Below, piece by piece: positions 42,626-51,840 of a stretch of 64,000 nucleotides of DNA; positions within the stretch are counted from its first letter, which is position 1, and each line of letters starts with the position of its first letter. The notes under the pieces were generated by a model, which was given only the letters and a program-made list of their open reading frames with translations, was not told the DNA's origin and did no database searches. Source of the stretch: Thiotrichaceae bacterium UBA7357 (GTDB lineage Bacteria; Pseudomonadota; Gammaproteobacteria; Eutrophobiales; Eutrophobiaceae); the NCBI GenBank assembly GCA_002470825.1, contig DKOR01000014.1:7021-71020 (forward strand), read 5' to 3'. A program made the translations under genes and the position numbers.

Positions 42626-44562
42626 TATTTAGCCCCCTTAGTCAGACAGATATCACCTGCCTCGGTCACAACAAATTCCCAACCTTCACGTACAAGACAC
42701 GTAAAGTAATCTTCTTCAATAACAGCTGGGCCAGCAGCATGGTCGCCCGGCTTCATGTCGTTCACACTATAAACTGAAACATCTTGGCTTTTCAGATCAC
42801 TACCTACAATTGTTCGTGACCCTGATGCAGCAGCAGCCTTGCCTTTCTTGATTTTGAACTGCTTATCATCTTCAGTCTTTAGGCGTTTAGTCGCGATCAA
42901 TTCGAGCGTGACTGAATCCGCTTTTTCTAAAGCTTTAGGCAGTGCAACCTTGCCATTCAATTGATGGGTAGACTCTTTCGAATCTGATTCACTAACCATT
43001 AGCGCGTTGATATCAAAGTCGCCTTTCGCATAGCCTTCAGCAAACATATCACGTTCTGCGCGTTCAATAAGGTCCGCATGAGCTGACTTGAGAGCGTCTT
43101 GATTGTTAGCGGGCAATACAACGGCATAACTCTGTCCTATATCACATGAGCCTATTCCAAAGGCACTAAAAATAGCCGCAGTTTTTGGTACATACACAGT
43201 ATTAATGCCTGCTATTTCAGCTATACCACATGCATTCATCGGGCCTGCGCCACCAAATGCCAACAGCACAGTGTCCTTCGAAACATTACCAAAGTCTTTC
43301 ATACCATCAGCAATCTTTTGCTCATAAGCATCACTAAGCTTATGCAGTGCTTCATCAACAGAAATGCCTAAAGGCGATGCTACGTTTTCATCGATAGCCG
43401 CACGACCACGCTCAATATCGAGCTTTAGACCACCACCGAAATAGGTTGCAGGATCGAGTACGCCCAAGAGAAGATTGACATCTGTCATTGTTGAACTCTT
43501 TCCGCCACGACCAAAACTTGCTGGTCCAGGAACAGCGCCAACACTTTCAGGACCCACCTGAATATCGCCATCTTTAACAGACAAAATTGAACTACCACCA
43601 ACACCTTGACTATTTATCTCACACAATCCAAAGGAGATGGGCACACCCTCCATTTTACCATGTCGTTGTTCGTTTAATTTCAGATCAACCAGGTGACCAA
43701 TATCCGTTGTCGTACCACCGACATCCATAGTCATTACATCTGAAAGATTGTATTGCTTACTGAATGTTTTGACGCCTTCCATGCCACCGCGCGGACCAGA
43801 ACTATAAGTCTTAAGTGCAATCGTTTTTGCAACACGCGATGCATTGCCATCGTTACGAAAGATGAGAAGAGGGTTTTTTGTACGATATTCACGTAATCGA
43901 TTTTCAGCGTTATACAGGAAACTTTCCATCGCAGGATGCAAGAATGAATTAGTCAACGCCGTCCAACCGCGTCGGTCAGCTAAAACATCATCAACTAGCT
44001 CACTGGCAAAAAGTATTGGCACAGCACCTAGCAAGTGACGCGGATAAATATCGAATGCTATCCTCTTAAATTGAGCCTCAGAGATAGCCGCATTATCAAC
44101 ATCAAAACAAACAACGAGTCTATTAGCTCCCATTCCGGTAAGTCTGGTAATCACCGTAGCGTTATCTGCAGCCTTCGATTCATGACCTAAATCAGCAAGA
44201 TCAACCTCACATATTCGATCTCCGACTAAAAAGTCGAATAAATCTTCGTCTTGTTCGCGCATTCTTTTAACTAAGCCAGCATTTTTCTTATTTATTATCA
44301 GACCCAGTTTTGGTCCCTTACGCTCAACAATAGCATTAGTTCCCTGTGTAGTTGAATAACGAATATGCTCAACTTCCATCAAGAGTTTTGCGACATCTTC
44401 TTCTCCGTAAATCACGGTTGAGATAGATTTTAATCCATCAAAAAAACATTTACTTAAGTCGTACGGCGTCGTGAGTGTCTTGGTCTTGTAGACATTCTTA
44501 TCTTTCAATATACATATATCAGTCAACGTTCCACCGTTGTCAATATTAACTAGCATTCCCAT
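42625..44562 (-). CDS. Second hydantoinase A / Apc-like ATP-binding subunit
   Basis: IDNGGTLTD, STTQGTNA, SSGPRGG, DVGGTTTD, GVGGSS, SVGAVPGPA, FGGAGP. Confidence 0.88.
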   Translation of the reverse strand: MGMLVNIDNGGTLTDICILKDKNVYKTKTLTTPYDLSKCFFDGLKSISTVIYGEEDVAKLLMEVEHIRYSTTQGTNAIVERKGPKLGLIINKKNAGLVKRMREQDEDLFDFLVGDRICEVDLADLGHESKAADNATVITRLTGMGANRLVVCFDVDNAAISEAQFKRIAFDIYPRHLLGAVPILFASELVDDVLADRRGWTALTNSFLHPAMESFLYNAENRLREYRTKNPLLIFRNDGNASRVAKTIALKTYSSGPRGGMEGVKTFSKQYNLSDVMTMDVGGTTTDIGHLVDLKLNEQRHGKMEGVPISFGLCEINSQGVGGSSILSVKDGDIQVGPESVGAVPGPASFGRGGKSSTMTDVNLLLGVLDPATYFGGGLKLDIERGRAAIDENVASPLGISVDEALHKLSDAYEQKIADGMKDFGNVSKDTVLLAFGGAGPMNACGIAEIAGINTVYVPKTAAIFSAFGIGSCDIGQSYAVVLPANNQDALKSAHADLIERAERDMFAEGYAKGDFDINALMVSESDSKESTHQLNGKVALPKALEKADSVTLELIATKRLKTEDDKQFKIKKGKAAAASGSRTIVGSDLKSQDVSVYSVNDMKPGDHAAGPAVIEEDYFTCLVREGWEFVVTEAGDICLTKGAK

Positions 44563-44703
44563 AATAGTTTTCCTTGGTTTTGCATTGTTGAATTTATGTT
44601 AAATCTTAAAATACTGTTTTTATTTCGTTTTTCTTTGATTTTGGTCCTGCACTTTTTGTTTCTTTTATAGTTTTTACTTTTAATAAACAACACCATATCC
44701 CAT

Positions 44704-44719
44704 ACATAGACTATGCCAA
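44704..44719 (-). promoter_or_regulatory. sigma54-like -24/-12 promoter of the Apc-like operon (GT at -12)
   Basis: Minus strand TTGGCATAGTCTATGT = GG-N10-GT; shares TTGGCATAG with the DUF1302 promoter. Confidence 0.62.
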
Positions 44720-44806
44720 GATTTTAACTTCGTATAAATTAATCTGTATAATCCGTTTTAATTGAAATTTAGATATATAACTAAACTCATGTCACCAGCC
44801 GCAAGA

Positions 44807-44851
44807 GTTCCATTTTAGAGCACACAAGAGTAATTCGTTTCAAATTTGAAC
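44807..44851. promoter_or_regulatory. Two candidate upstream activator sequences
   Basis: GTTCCATTTTAGAGC (44807-44821, 89 nt from the -24 GG) and GTTTCAAATTTGAAC (44837-44851). Confidence 0.6.
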
Positions 44852-44885
44852 AGCGTCTTTTTATTTTAGAAATACAAATCAAGCC

Positions 44886-45899
44886 TCATACATCTTTCAC
44901 ACGGACCATTAGCTTACCTGTATTATCACCAGTATAGAGTTTCTTAACTGTCTCTACAGCGTTTTCAAGTCCATCTACGACGTCCTGTTGGACTTTAATT
45001 TTGCCTTCAGACATCCATTGAGTAATTGCCGCTATTGCTTCAGGGTAACGCTCCATATAATCGAGTATTATAAAACCCTCAACCTTAAGTCGATTCATCA
45101 GGATCATTGGATAATTTTTTGGTCCTGGGACTTCTTCGCTGGAATTATAATGTGCTATTAAACCGCATACAGATATACGGCCGAACATATTCATATGTTT
45201 GAGACAAGTGTCTAAGATCTCTCCACCCACATTTTCAAAATAGACATCAATGCCATTAGGACAAGTGCGTTCTAACGCTTTTGATAAATCTTCTGTCTTA
45301 TAGTTGATGGCTTCATCAAAGCCGAGCTCTTCAGTTATCCATTTACATTTTTCATCTGTACCAGTGAGTCCAACTACATGACAGCCCTTGATTTTAGCAA
45401 TCTGCCCGACGATCGACCCTACTGAACCAGCAGCAGTTGAAATAACAACAGTTTCTCCCGATTTCGGTTTCGTGATTTCAAGCAAACCAAAATAAGCCGT
45501 CGGCGCAGCGATAGCGAAAGTACCAAAAGCATCAATAACTGGAACAGACCCTGTATCACCTAATAAACTCACAGTTTCAGTAGTGCCAATTTGATAATCT
45601 GCCCAAGTACCAAGACCGCTAACTATGTCACCTTTTCTAAATGCTGAGTTTTTACTTTGTATCACAGTTCCACAAACGACACCACGCATCGGGGCATTAA
45701 TACTAACTGGAGGCATGTATTGCTCAACGTCACTCATCCACATCCGATTAGTCGCATCCAGCGACAAATAATTAAGACGAAACAGACATTCTTCGTCTGC
45801 TGGTTCAGGCATAGGCTCTTCATCATAAGTTAAATCACCCTCACATATATCACCAACAGGTCGTTTACGTAATCTCCAAACGTGATTGACTTCAGTCAT
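44886..45899 (-). CDS. NADP-dependent enone/alkenal reductase (CurA/prostaglandin reductase-like)
   Basis: LRKRPVG, YLSLDATNR, TAYFGL, TAAGSVGS, DVYFENVGG, CGLIAHYN, GDNTGK. Confidence 0.88.
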   Translation of the reverse strand: MTEVNHVWRLRKRPVGDICEGDLTYDEEPMPEPADEECLFRLNYLSLDATNRMWMSDVEQYMPPVSINAPMRGVVCGTVIQSKNSAFRKGDIVSGLGTWADYQIGTTETVSLLGDTGSVPVIDAFGTFAIAAPTAYFGLLEITKPKSGETVVISTAAGSVGSIVGQIAKIKGCHVVGLTGTDEKCKWITEELGFDEAINYKTEDLSKALERTCPNGIDVYFENVGGEILDTCLKHMNMFGRISVCGLIAHYNSSEEVPGPKNYPMILMNRLKVEGFIILDYMERYPEAIAAITQWMSEGKIKVQQDVVDGLENAVETVKKLYTGDNTGKLMVRVKDV

Positions 45900-46002
45900 G
45901 AACTTTTTCCCTTGATTTAGCAAAATTAATATTACGAGTATTACAATATTTTTTCACATTTTGAGCTTTTTTTAAATACCTGACAATCAGTTTCCATACC
46001 AA

Positions 46003-46461
46003 TCAATCATTTACCAACTGAAATACTTCATACTCGACTTTACCAGGCACCAAACGACCTTGTGCCACACAGAAAATGTTGTTTACCCAATCATATCTTT
46101 CATCGCCTGTTTGCATGCGTGGATTAATAAAGAAATTTTGTTCTCCAAAATCAGTCTCACCTTCTCCTGCAAGTACCCCCATTATTTCAGAGGTCAGTTC
46201 TATTACTCCAGAATATTGAACATAAATATTTGCACCATCGTCTGTTTCAAAACTTGCTCTTACATCTAAATGGCCATAGCCTTTGTCGTCAATTGTCATC
46301 CAGTCTGCACAACCCGCATCACGAATCTTTCCGTTGAGTTTTTCACCCTTAAATTCACCGCCATGCACTTCAAAAGTCATTCGTTTACCAAATGGTCCGT
46401 TGCCGACATCAAGTGCCGTGCCTAAGTTTGCATAATAAGTAAAAAGTGATTCAAGTTTCAT
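46003..46461 (-). CDS. DUF3237-family protein
   Basis: GPFGKR..GGEFKG..ADW..LDVRASFETDDGANIY..TGDERYDWVN. Confidence 0.8.
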   Translation of the reverse strand: MKLESLFTYYANLGTALDVGNGPFGKRMTFEVHGGEFKGEKLNGKIRDAGCADWMTIDDKGYGHLDVRASFETDDGANIYVQYSGVIELTSEIMGVLAGEGETDFGEQNFFINPRMQTGDERYDWVNNIFCVAQGRLVPGKVEYEVFQLVND

Positions 46462-46696
46462 TGCATAATCCCCTTTATAATTCTTGACAATATGTTCAGA
46501 TTAGATTCATATATATATTCAACAATTTTATAAACAGTTTCAACATTTTTTTCAAAGCAATGTCATAGTTTAAAATGTAATTCTTCCTACTACACCTTGA
46601 ATCCATGACAAAATTATTAAGACAACAAACATATTATTTTTTTATCATCTTACACAATCTAAATTCAACCACAAATCATACGGATATCAGACGGTC

Positions 46697-46711
46697 GATT
46701 CATTTTTGAGC
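46697..46711. promoter_or_regulatory. Candidate upstream activator sequence for icd
   Basis: GATTCATTTTTGAGC, 12/15 identical to the site at 44807-44821, 89 nt before the -24 GG at 46801. Confidence 0.55.
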
Positions 46712-46798
46712 GTTTTATTTAAGAACATATAAATCATCCAATTATGTAAACACATTGAAATTCAATCAGATAAAGATAGTAATGTAGTCATTAATATT

Positions 46799-46815
46799 CT
46801 GGCATAATGGTTGCT
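46799..46815 (+). promoter_or_regulatory. Canonical sigma54 -24/-12 promoter upstream of icd
   Basis: CTGGCATAATGGTTGCT = GG-N10-GC, fitting the YTGGCAC-N5-TTGCW consensus. Confidence 0.75.
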
Positions 46816-46870
46816 GATATTGATCTAGTTAAAAGAAAACAAATTTAAGCATCAAAAGGGAGAGATAGAG

Positions 46871-49099
46871 ATTACAACGGAAAATTCAAAAATCATGTAT
46901 ACGCTGACTGACGAAGCACCATTGTTAGCTACATACTCTTTACTCCCAATCATTAAAACATTTATATCAGCAGCAAATATAGAAGTTGTGGAAAGTGACA
47001 TCTCCTTAGCAGCTAGAATTCTCGCTGCATTTCCTGATTACCTTACAAACGACCAGAAAGTCGAAGATAACCTGGCAAAACTTGGTCGGTTGACGCAAAT
47101 GTCCAACACAAATATTATTAAGCTTCCTAACATTAGTGCTTCAATTCCTCAGTTAATAGCCACCATTATTGAATTGCAGATACACGGTTATGACATTCCT
47201 GACTACCCTGAAGAACCAACATCTGATGAAAAAAAACTCATTAAGGAACGCTACTCAAAGGCATTGGGAAGTGCTGTTAATCCAGTACTACGAGAAGGTA
47301 ATTCTGATCGTCGCGCGCCTGAGTCAGTGAAACGAAGTGCACGTAAAAACCCTCATTCAATGGAAAAATGGAGCCCTGCTTCCCGTACACATGTATCACA
47401 TATGCATGGTGGCGATTTCTACACTAGTGAAGAGAGTATAACAATAAAAAAAGCCTGCAATGTACGGATGGAGTTGGAAATGAACTCTGGTGAAATTATT
47501 ATTCTGAAAGAAAAAACAGCGCTATTAGAAAATGAAATTATTGATGGTATGTATATGTGCAAAGAAGCGCTTTGCGATTTCTATGAAGAGCAAATGGAAG
47601 ATGCTAGAGAAACAGGTGTAATGTTTTCCCTACATGTAAAGGCTACTATGATGAAAATTTCTCATCCCATCGTGTTCGGTCATGCGGTCAAAGTTTTCTA
47701 TAAACAATTATTCATTAAATATGGCGATCTATTCGATAAGTTAGGAGTCAATCCGAACAATGGTATCAGTAGCGTATACGATAAGATTCAATCTCTACCC
47801 AGCTCATTTCGAGAAGAAATAGAACATGATATCCATAGCTGCTACCAACATCGTCCTGAACTAGCCATGGTTGATTCTGCTAAAGGAATTTCTAATTTAC
47901 ATGCTCCTAATGATGTGATTGTTGATGCTTCTATGCCTGCGATGATTCGTTCTGGTGGTAAAATGTGGGGACCTGATGGCAAATTAAAAGATACCAAAGC
48001 TGTAATACCTGAGAGTACATTCGCACGTATTTATCAAGAAATGATTAATTTTTGTAAAACCCATGGTGCCTTTGATCCAAAGACTATGGGTAGTGTTCCA
48101 AATGTTGGGTTAATGGCACAAAAGGCCGAAGAATATGGCTCTCATGATAAGACCTTCGAAATCCAAACTAAAGGTATTGCACGAATTATAGATGAAAAAG
48201 GTAATATATTGATCGAACAGAATGTGAAAGAAGGTGATATTTGGCGAATGTGTCAAACTAAAGATGCACCTATCCGAGATTGGGTAAAATTAGCAGTAAA
48301 CCGAGCACGCCAATCGGATATGCCTGCTGTATTTTGGTTAGATGAGTATCGCCCACATGAAATGGAATTAATTAAAAAAGTGAAACTATATCTTCAAGAC
48401 CATGATTTATCAGGGCTTGATATTCAAATCATGTCTCAGACCCGTGCGATGCGTTATACCCTTGAAAGAATTATTCGTGGTAAAGATACCATATCTGTAA
48501 CTGGTAACATTTTACGTGATTACCTCACAGATCTATTCCCGATCATGGAATTAGGTACCAGTGCAAAGATGCTATCTATCGTACCTTTGATGGCAGGTGG
48601 TGGACTATTCGAAACCGGTGCGGGTGGTTCCGCACCAAAACATGTGAAACAACTTATAGAAGAAAACCATTTACGCTGGGATTCTCTTGGTGAGTATCTA
48701 GCCTTGGCTGTTTCTTTAGAAGACATTAGTATAAAAACCGGTAATAAGAAAGCAAAAATTTTAGCGAGGTCATTAGACGAAGCCACTGGGAAATTATTGG
48801 ATAATAAAAAAGGACCATCTCGAAGAACCGGTGAATTAGATAACCGTGGTAGTCACTTTTACCTAGCTATGTACTGGGCACAGGCACTTACTAAACAAGA
48901 GGAAGATTCAGAACTACGAGCTCAATTTAATACATTGGCAAAATCACTAGCAGAAAATGAACAATCGATTATTGAAGAACTTAATGCGTCACAGGGTAAC
49001 CCAGTTGATCTCGGCGGTTATTTTATGCCTGTTATAGAAAAAGTAAAAAACGTAATGCGTCCTAGTAAAACGTTCAATAATCTTTTAGATACAGCTTAG
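46871..49099 (+). CDS. icd: Monomeric NADP-dependent isocitrate dehydrogenase (start ATT 46871 or ATG 46895)
   Basis: [75 protein letters not shown]. Confidence 0.96.
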   Translation: MTTENSKIMYTLTDEAPLLATYSLLPIIKTFISAANIEVVESDISLAARILAAFPDYLTNDQKVEDNLAKLGRLTQMSNTNIIKLPNISASIPQLIATIIELQIHGYDIPDYPEEPTSDEKKLIKERYSKALGSAVNPVLREGNSDRRAPESVKRSARKNPHSMEKWSPASRTHVSHMHGGDFYTSEESITIKKACNVRMELEMNSGEIIILKEKTALLENEIIDGMYMCKEALCDFYEEQMEDARETGVMFSLHVKATMMKISHPIVFGHAVKVFYKQLFIKYGDLFDKLGVNPNNGISSVYDKIQSLPSSFREEIEHDIHSCYQHRPELAMVDSAKGISNLHAPNDVIVDASMPAMIRSGGKMWGPDGKLKDTKAVIPESTFARIYQEMINFCKTHGAFDPKTMGSVPNVGLMAQKAEEYGSHDKTFEIQTKGIARIIDEKGNILIEQNVKEGDIWRMCQTKDAPIRDWVKLAVNRARQSDMPAVFWLDEYRPHEMELIKKVKLYLQDHDLSGLDIQIMSQTRAMRYTLERIIRGKDTISVTGNILRDYLTDLFPIMELGTSAKMLSIVPLMAGGGLFETGAGGSAPKHVKQLIEENHLRWDSLGEYLALAVSLEDISIKTGNKKAKILARSLDEATGKLLDNKKGPSRRTGELDNRGSHFYLAMYWAQALTKQEEDSELRAQFNTLAKSLAENEQSIIEELNASQGNPVDLGGYFMPVIEKVKNVMRPSKTFNNLLDTA

Positions 49100-49348
49100 C
49101 GTAAAACCAAACCTGATTTAGCTCTTAGTGATATACAGGAGAAAATGACTTTTTTCTTTCATCTCCTAAAACAATTTTGCTTAACAACGCGCATACTAAA
49201 ACGTTACATAATTATTTTAAGTTTTTTCTCAACAATGACTGAGCTTGATTTTCATGGTTCCATTGTTTGAATTCAATGATTATTATGTTGATGATTACGT
49301 ATGTAATTCAATAGTGTATAAAAATTATATAGGCAATAACAAAATGAT

Positions 49349-49978
49349 ATGAAATATTATGATTGTACAATGGCTCCAAATCCTCGTCGCACTCGAATTT
49401 TTATTAAAGAAAAAGGACTCGATATCCCTTCAATAGAAGTTGATCTTTTTGGTGGAGAAAATCTGCAAGAAGATTATTTATCAAAAACTATATGGGGCCT
49501 ATGTCCTGCATTGGAATTAGATGATGGGACGGTAATAAGCGAGGCTCCTGCAATTTGCAGTTATATAAATGACATGTATCCTGAACCACCCCTCTTAGGT
49601 ACCAATCCTTTAGAACGTGCACAGGTTATTTCTTGTGATCGACACATGGAACATAGCGGAATGCAATCTGTCATTTATGCATTTCGTAATGGTTATAAAG
49701 ACTTTGCTCTTCGCGGCGTTGGTGGTCGTGAAGGCGATAAGATAATTCCTGAACTAATTGAGCGCGGGCGTAACGGTATTAAAATTTTCTTTAAAAGGCT
49801 TGAAAAACAGCTTTCTAAATCAGAGTATGTCGCTGGAAACTTCTATAGCATGGCCGATATCACTGGATTAGTAGTCATTGATTTTGCAAAGTATGCTGAA
49901 TTCAAAATTCCAAGTAAAAATATAAACACCTTAGAGTGGTATGAAAAAGTCGCATCGCGTCCTGGCACACAAGTTTGA
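49349..49978 (+). CDS. Glutathione S-transferase family protein (paralog of 20104-20739)
   Basis: APNPRRTRIFIKEK, PALELDDG, YSMADIT, WYEKVASRP. Confidence 0.88.
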   Translation: MKYYDCTMAPNPRRTRIFIKEKGLDIPSIEVDLFGGENLQEDYLSKTIWGLCPALELDDGTVISEAPAICSYINDMYPEPPLLGTNPLERAQVISCDRHMEHSGMQSVIYAFRNGYKDFALRGVGGREGDKIIPELIERGRNGIKIFFKRLEKQLSKSEYVAGNFYSMADITGLVVIDFAKYAEFKIPSKNINTLEWYEKVASRPGTQV

Positions 49979-50011
49979 ATTATTATTAATTAAATTTATT
50001 GAGGACCATCA

Positions 50012-50173
50012 ATGATAACCTCGTATACCTTTGTAACCTCTATTAGCAAAATGATATCAGTCGCATTAAAAAAATTAGCGCTTGATTATGAAGTTAAAGA
50101 TGTCAACCTAGCAGAAAATATATAGAAAGAAGATTGGTATTTAAAAAGCAACCTAAGTGGAATGAGACTATAG
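50012..50173 (+). pseudogene. Truncated GST N-terminal remnant
   Basis: GAGGA RBS then MITSYTFVTSISKMISVALKKLALDYEVKDVNLAENI*KEDWYLKSNLSG; resembles a YfcG-type GST start, with TAG at 50123 where Gln is expected. Confidence 0.65.
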
Positions 50174-50202
50174 CTATGGGCTGAATAATATTGGTTTTTT
50201 AT

Positions 50203-50970
50203 TTAGCAAACTCCGAGTATCCACCCCTCTAATTTTGCTTTCTTCAGTTCATCTAACATTAATGGTGGAGTAAAATATCCATCCAATATGCCTCGTCTAT
50301 CGGCTTCCTTCATCCAAGCTGAGATAGACCAAGCATCATGTTCATCGGGGCTCCGATCTTGTTTGCAATAACGTCTTTTATATAATGCTGGATAGGCTTC
50401 AACAATAACTGATTTATCATCAGGAACGGCGAACCCATCGAATGGCCAAAAATGAACACGTTCTCGAAAAAATGGTATTTCCCTTAACCAGAGTAACCAT
50501 GGCAGACCAGAATGTGTCGATTTGGCAACTGAACCCTGAACATCAAACATAAAGACACTTTTTGCAGTTGCCGTCCATTCTTCACAAAGACGTAACTCTT
50601 TTGCTTTACCGATGCGTGGATTATTATTACGCACCGAATCAACACGAGTAAGTGGCTCTGCTGTTGGCCAATGACGAACAAAATCAAGCAAAAAATCATC
50701 CCATGAATTAATCCCATAACGCTTCATATAGCCTATTGGAAATGAAAATCCATGATCAATTCCTATAATTGATATTTCATCAGTTTCCAATATTTTCTTA
50801 CAATATTGAGCAATCTCAAAACGAGACCAATTTTTTACACCTTGTGTTGGGGTAGTTATTTTCGCTGGTTGCTCATCTTGCGTTGCTTCATACACCTGCA
50901 ATCCTTTAAGCCGACTTTCGACTGTTTTAGCACCGGAGTAATCAATCCCGATATAATTATCGAATTTCAT
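50203..50970 (-). CDS. DUF429-like RNase H-fold hypothetical protein
   Basis: IGIDYSGA, IGIDHGFSFP, HFWPFDG, VEAYPAL, DEHDAW acidic motifs. Confidence 0.65.
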   Translation of the reverse strand: MKFDNYIGIDYSGAKTVESRLKGLQVYEATQDEQPAKITTPTQGVKNWSRFEIAQYCKKILETDEISIIGIDHGFSFPIGYMKRYGINSWDDFLLDFVRHWPTAEPLTRVDSVRNNNPRIGKAKELRLCEEWTATAKSVFMFDVQGSVAKSTHSGLPWLLWLREIPFFRERVHFWPFDGFAVPDDKSVIVEAYPALYKRRYCKQDRSPDEHDAWSISAWMKEADRRGILDGYFTPPLMLDELKKAKLEGWILGVC

Positions 50971-51126
50971 GAGTTGCCACCACTTAATTATAAAATAGGA
51001 AAGGTATTTCAAATGAGAACTAGTTTAATAATCAAAGTTATTATTCAAAGTAACGATAAAAATACTACAATTTCAGTCATTAGCACCAAGTTAATGTCAC
51101 ATTTTCAATTGGTCTTTATAACAATA

Positions 51127-51840
51127 TCACTTCAGATGCCTACCGCCATCAAGGGGGAGTATTCTACCAGTAATGTATTCACTATTAAGTATATAGTCGA
51201 TTGCACTTTGAAACTCAGCACAGCCACCTTCACGTCCCATCAGACTTTTTTTTAATGTCTTCTTCTTATATTCATCATCATCTTCATGATTAAACAAAAT
51301 TAGAGAAGGTGACAGGCTATTCACTTTGACTTTAGGTGCAAACTTCGAAGAGAAAGAATAAGTGAGGTTATCTTGACCCGCTTTACTAGCGGCGTACGCT
51401 ACATGTTTCTTACTACCACATGAACTCACATAGTCACCGATATGAATTATATCTGCATGGCTATGTTGTGTGTTCATCAAAAGTGGTGCCAAGCCAAAAT
51501 TAAGTAAATACGGAGCATTAACATGCACCTGCATCATGCGCTTAATGATCTTTAATGAGGCAAGCTCAGCACTATCGCTCAGCCAGTCAGAAGCATTGTG
51601 AATAATGGCTCTGATACCACCACAGTTTCGTGTTACATTTTCAATCAATGATTCGATGTCTGCATCATTGTATAAATCACACTTTAAAAGTGTGGCGTCT
51701 TTTTTTTTAAGTTGCAACAAAGACTCTGTCTCATTACGATATGTTCCAATAACAGATATACCACGGTCGAGAAAATTATTTGCAAGATATTGGCCCAGTC
51801 GTTTTCCTACCCCAGTAATCAGAATTGGTTCGGTCGTCAT
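51127..51840 (-). CDS. folM: Dihydromonapterin reductase (SDR)
   Basis: [38 protein letters not shown]; ATG overlaps the folE stop. Confidence 0.9.
   Translation of the reverse strand: MTTEPILITGVGKRLGQYLANNFLDRGISVIGTYRNETESLLQLKKKDATLLKCDLYNDADIESLIENVTRNCGGIRAIIHNASDWLSDSAELASLKIIKRMMQVHVNAPYLLNFGLAPLLMNTQHSHADIIHIGDYVSSCGSKKHVAYAASKAGQDNLTYSFSSKFAPKVKVNSLSPSLILFNHEDDDEYKKKTLKKSLMGREGGCAEFQSAIDYILNSEYITGRILPLDGGRHLK

Noticed and set aside
37717-44562. Annotation as plain hydantoinase, 5-oxoprolinase or classical acetone carboxylase
   Set aside because: Two A-type subunits, a Zn-finger subunit, a fifth gene, CoA ligase and thiolase fit the Apc-type layout better
50806-51255. 149-aa plus-strand ORF and the many 60-120 aa ORFs overlapping larger genes
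   Set aside because: Antisense or off-frame shadows of well-supported genes, with no motifs
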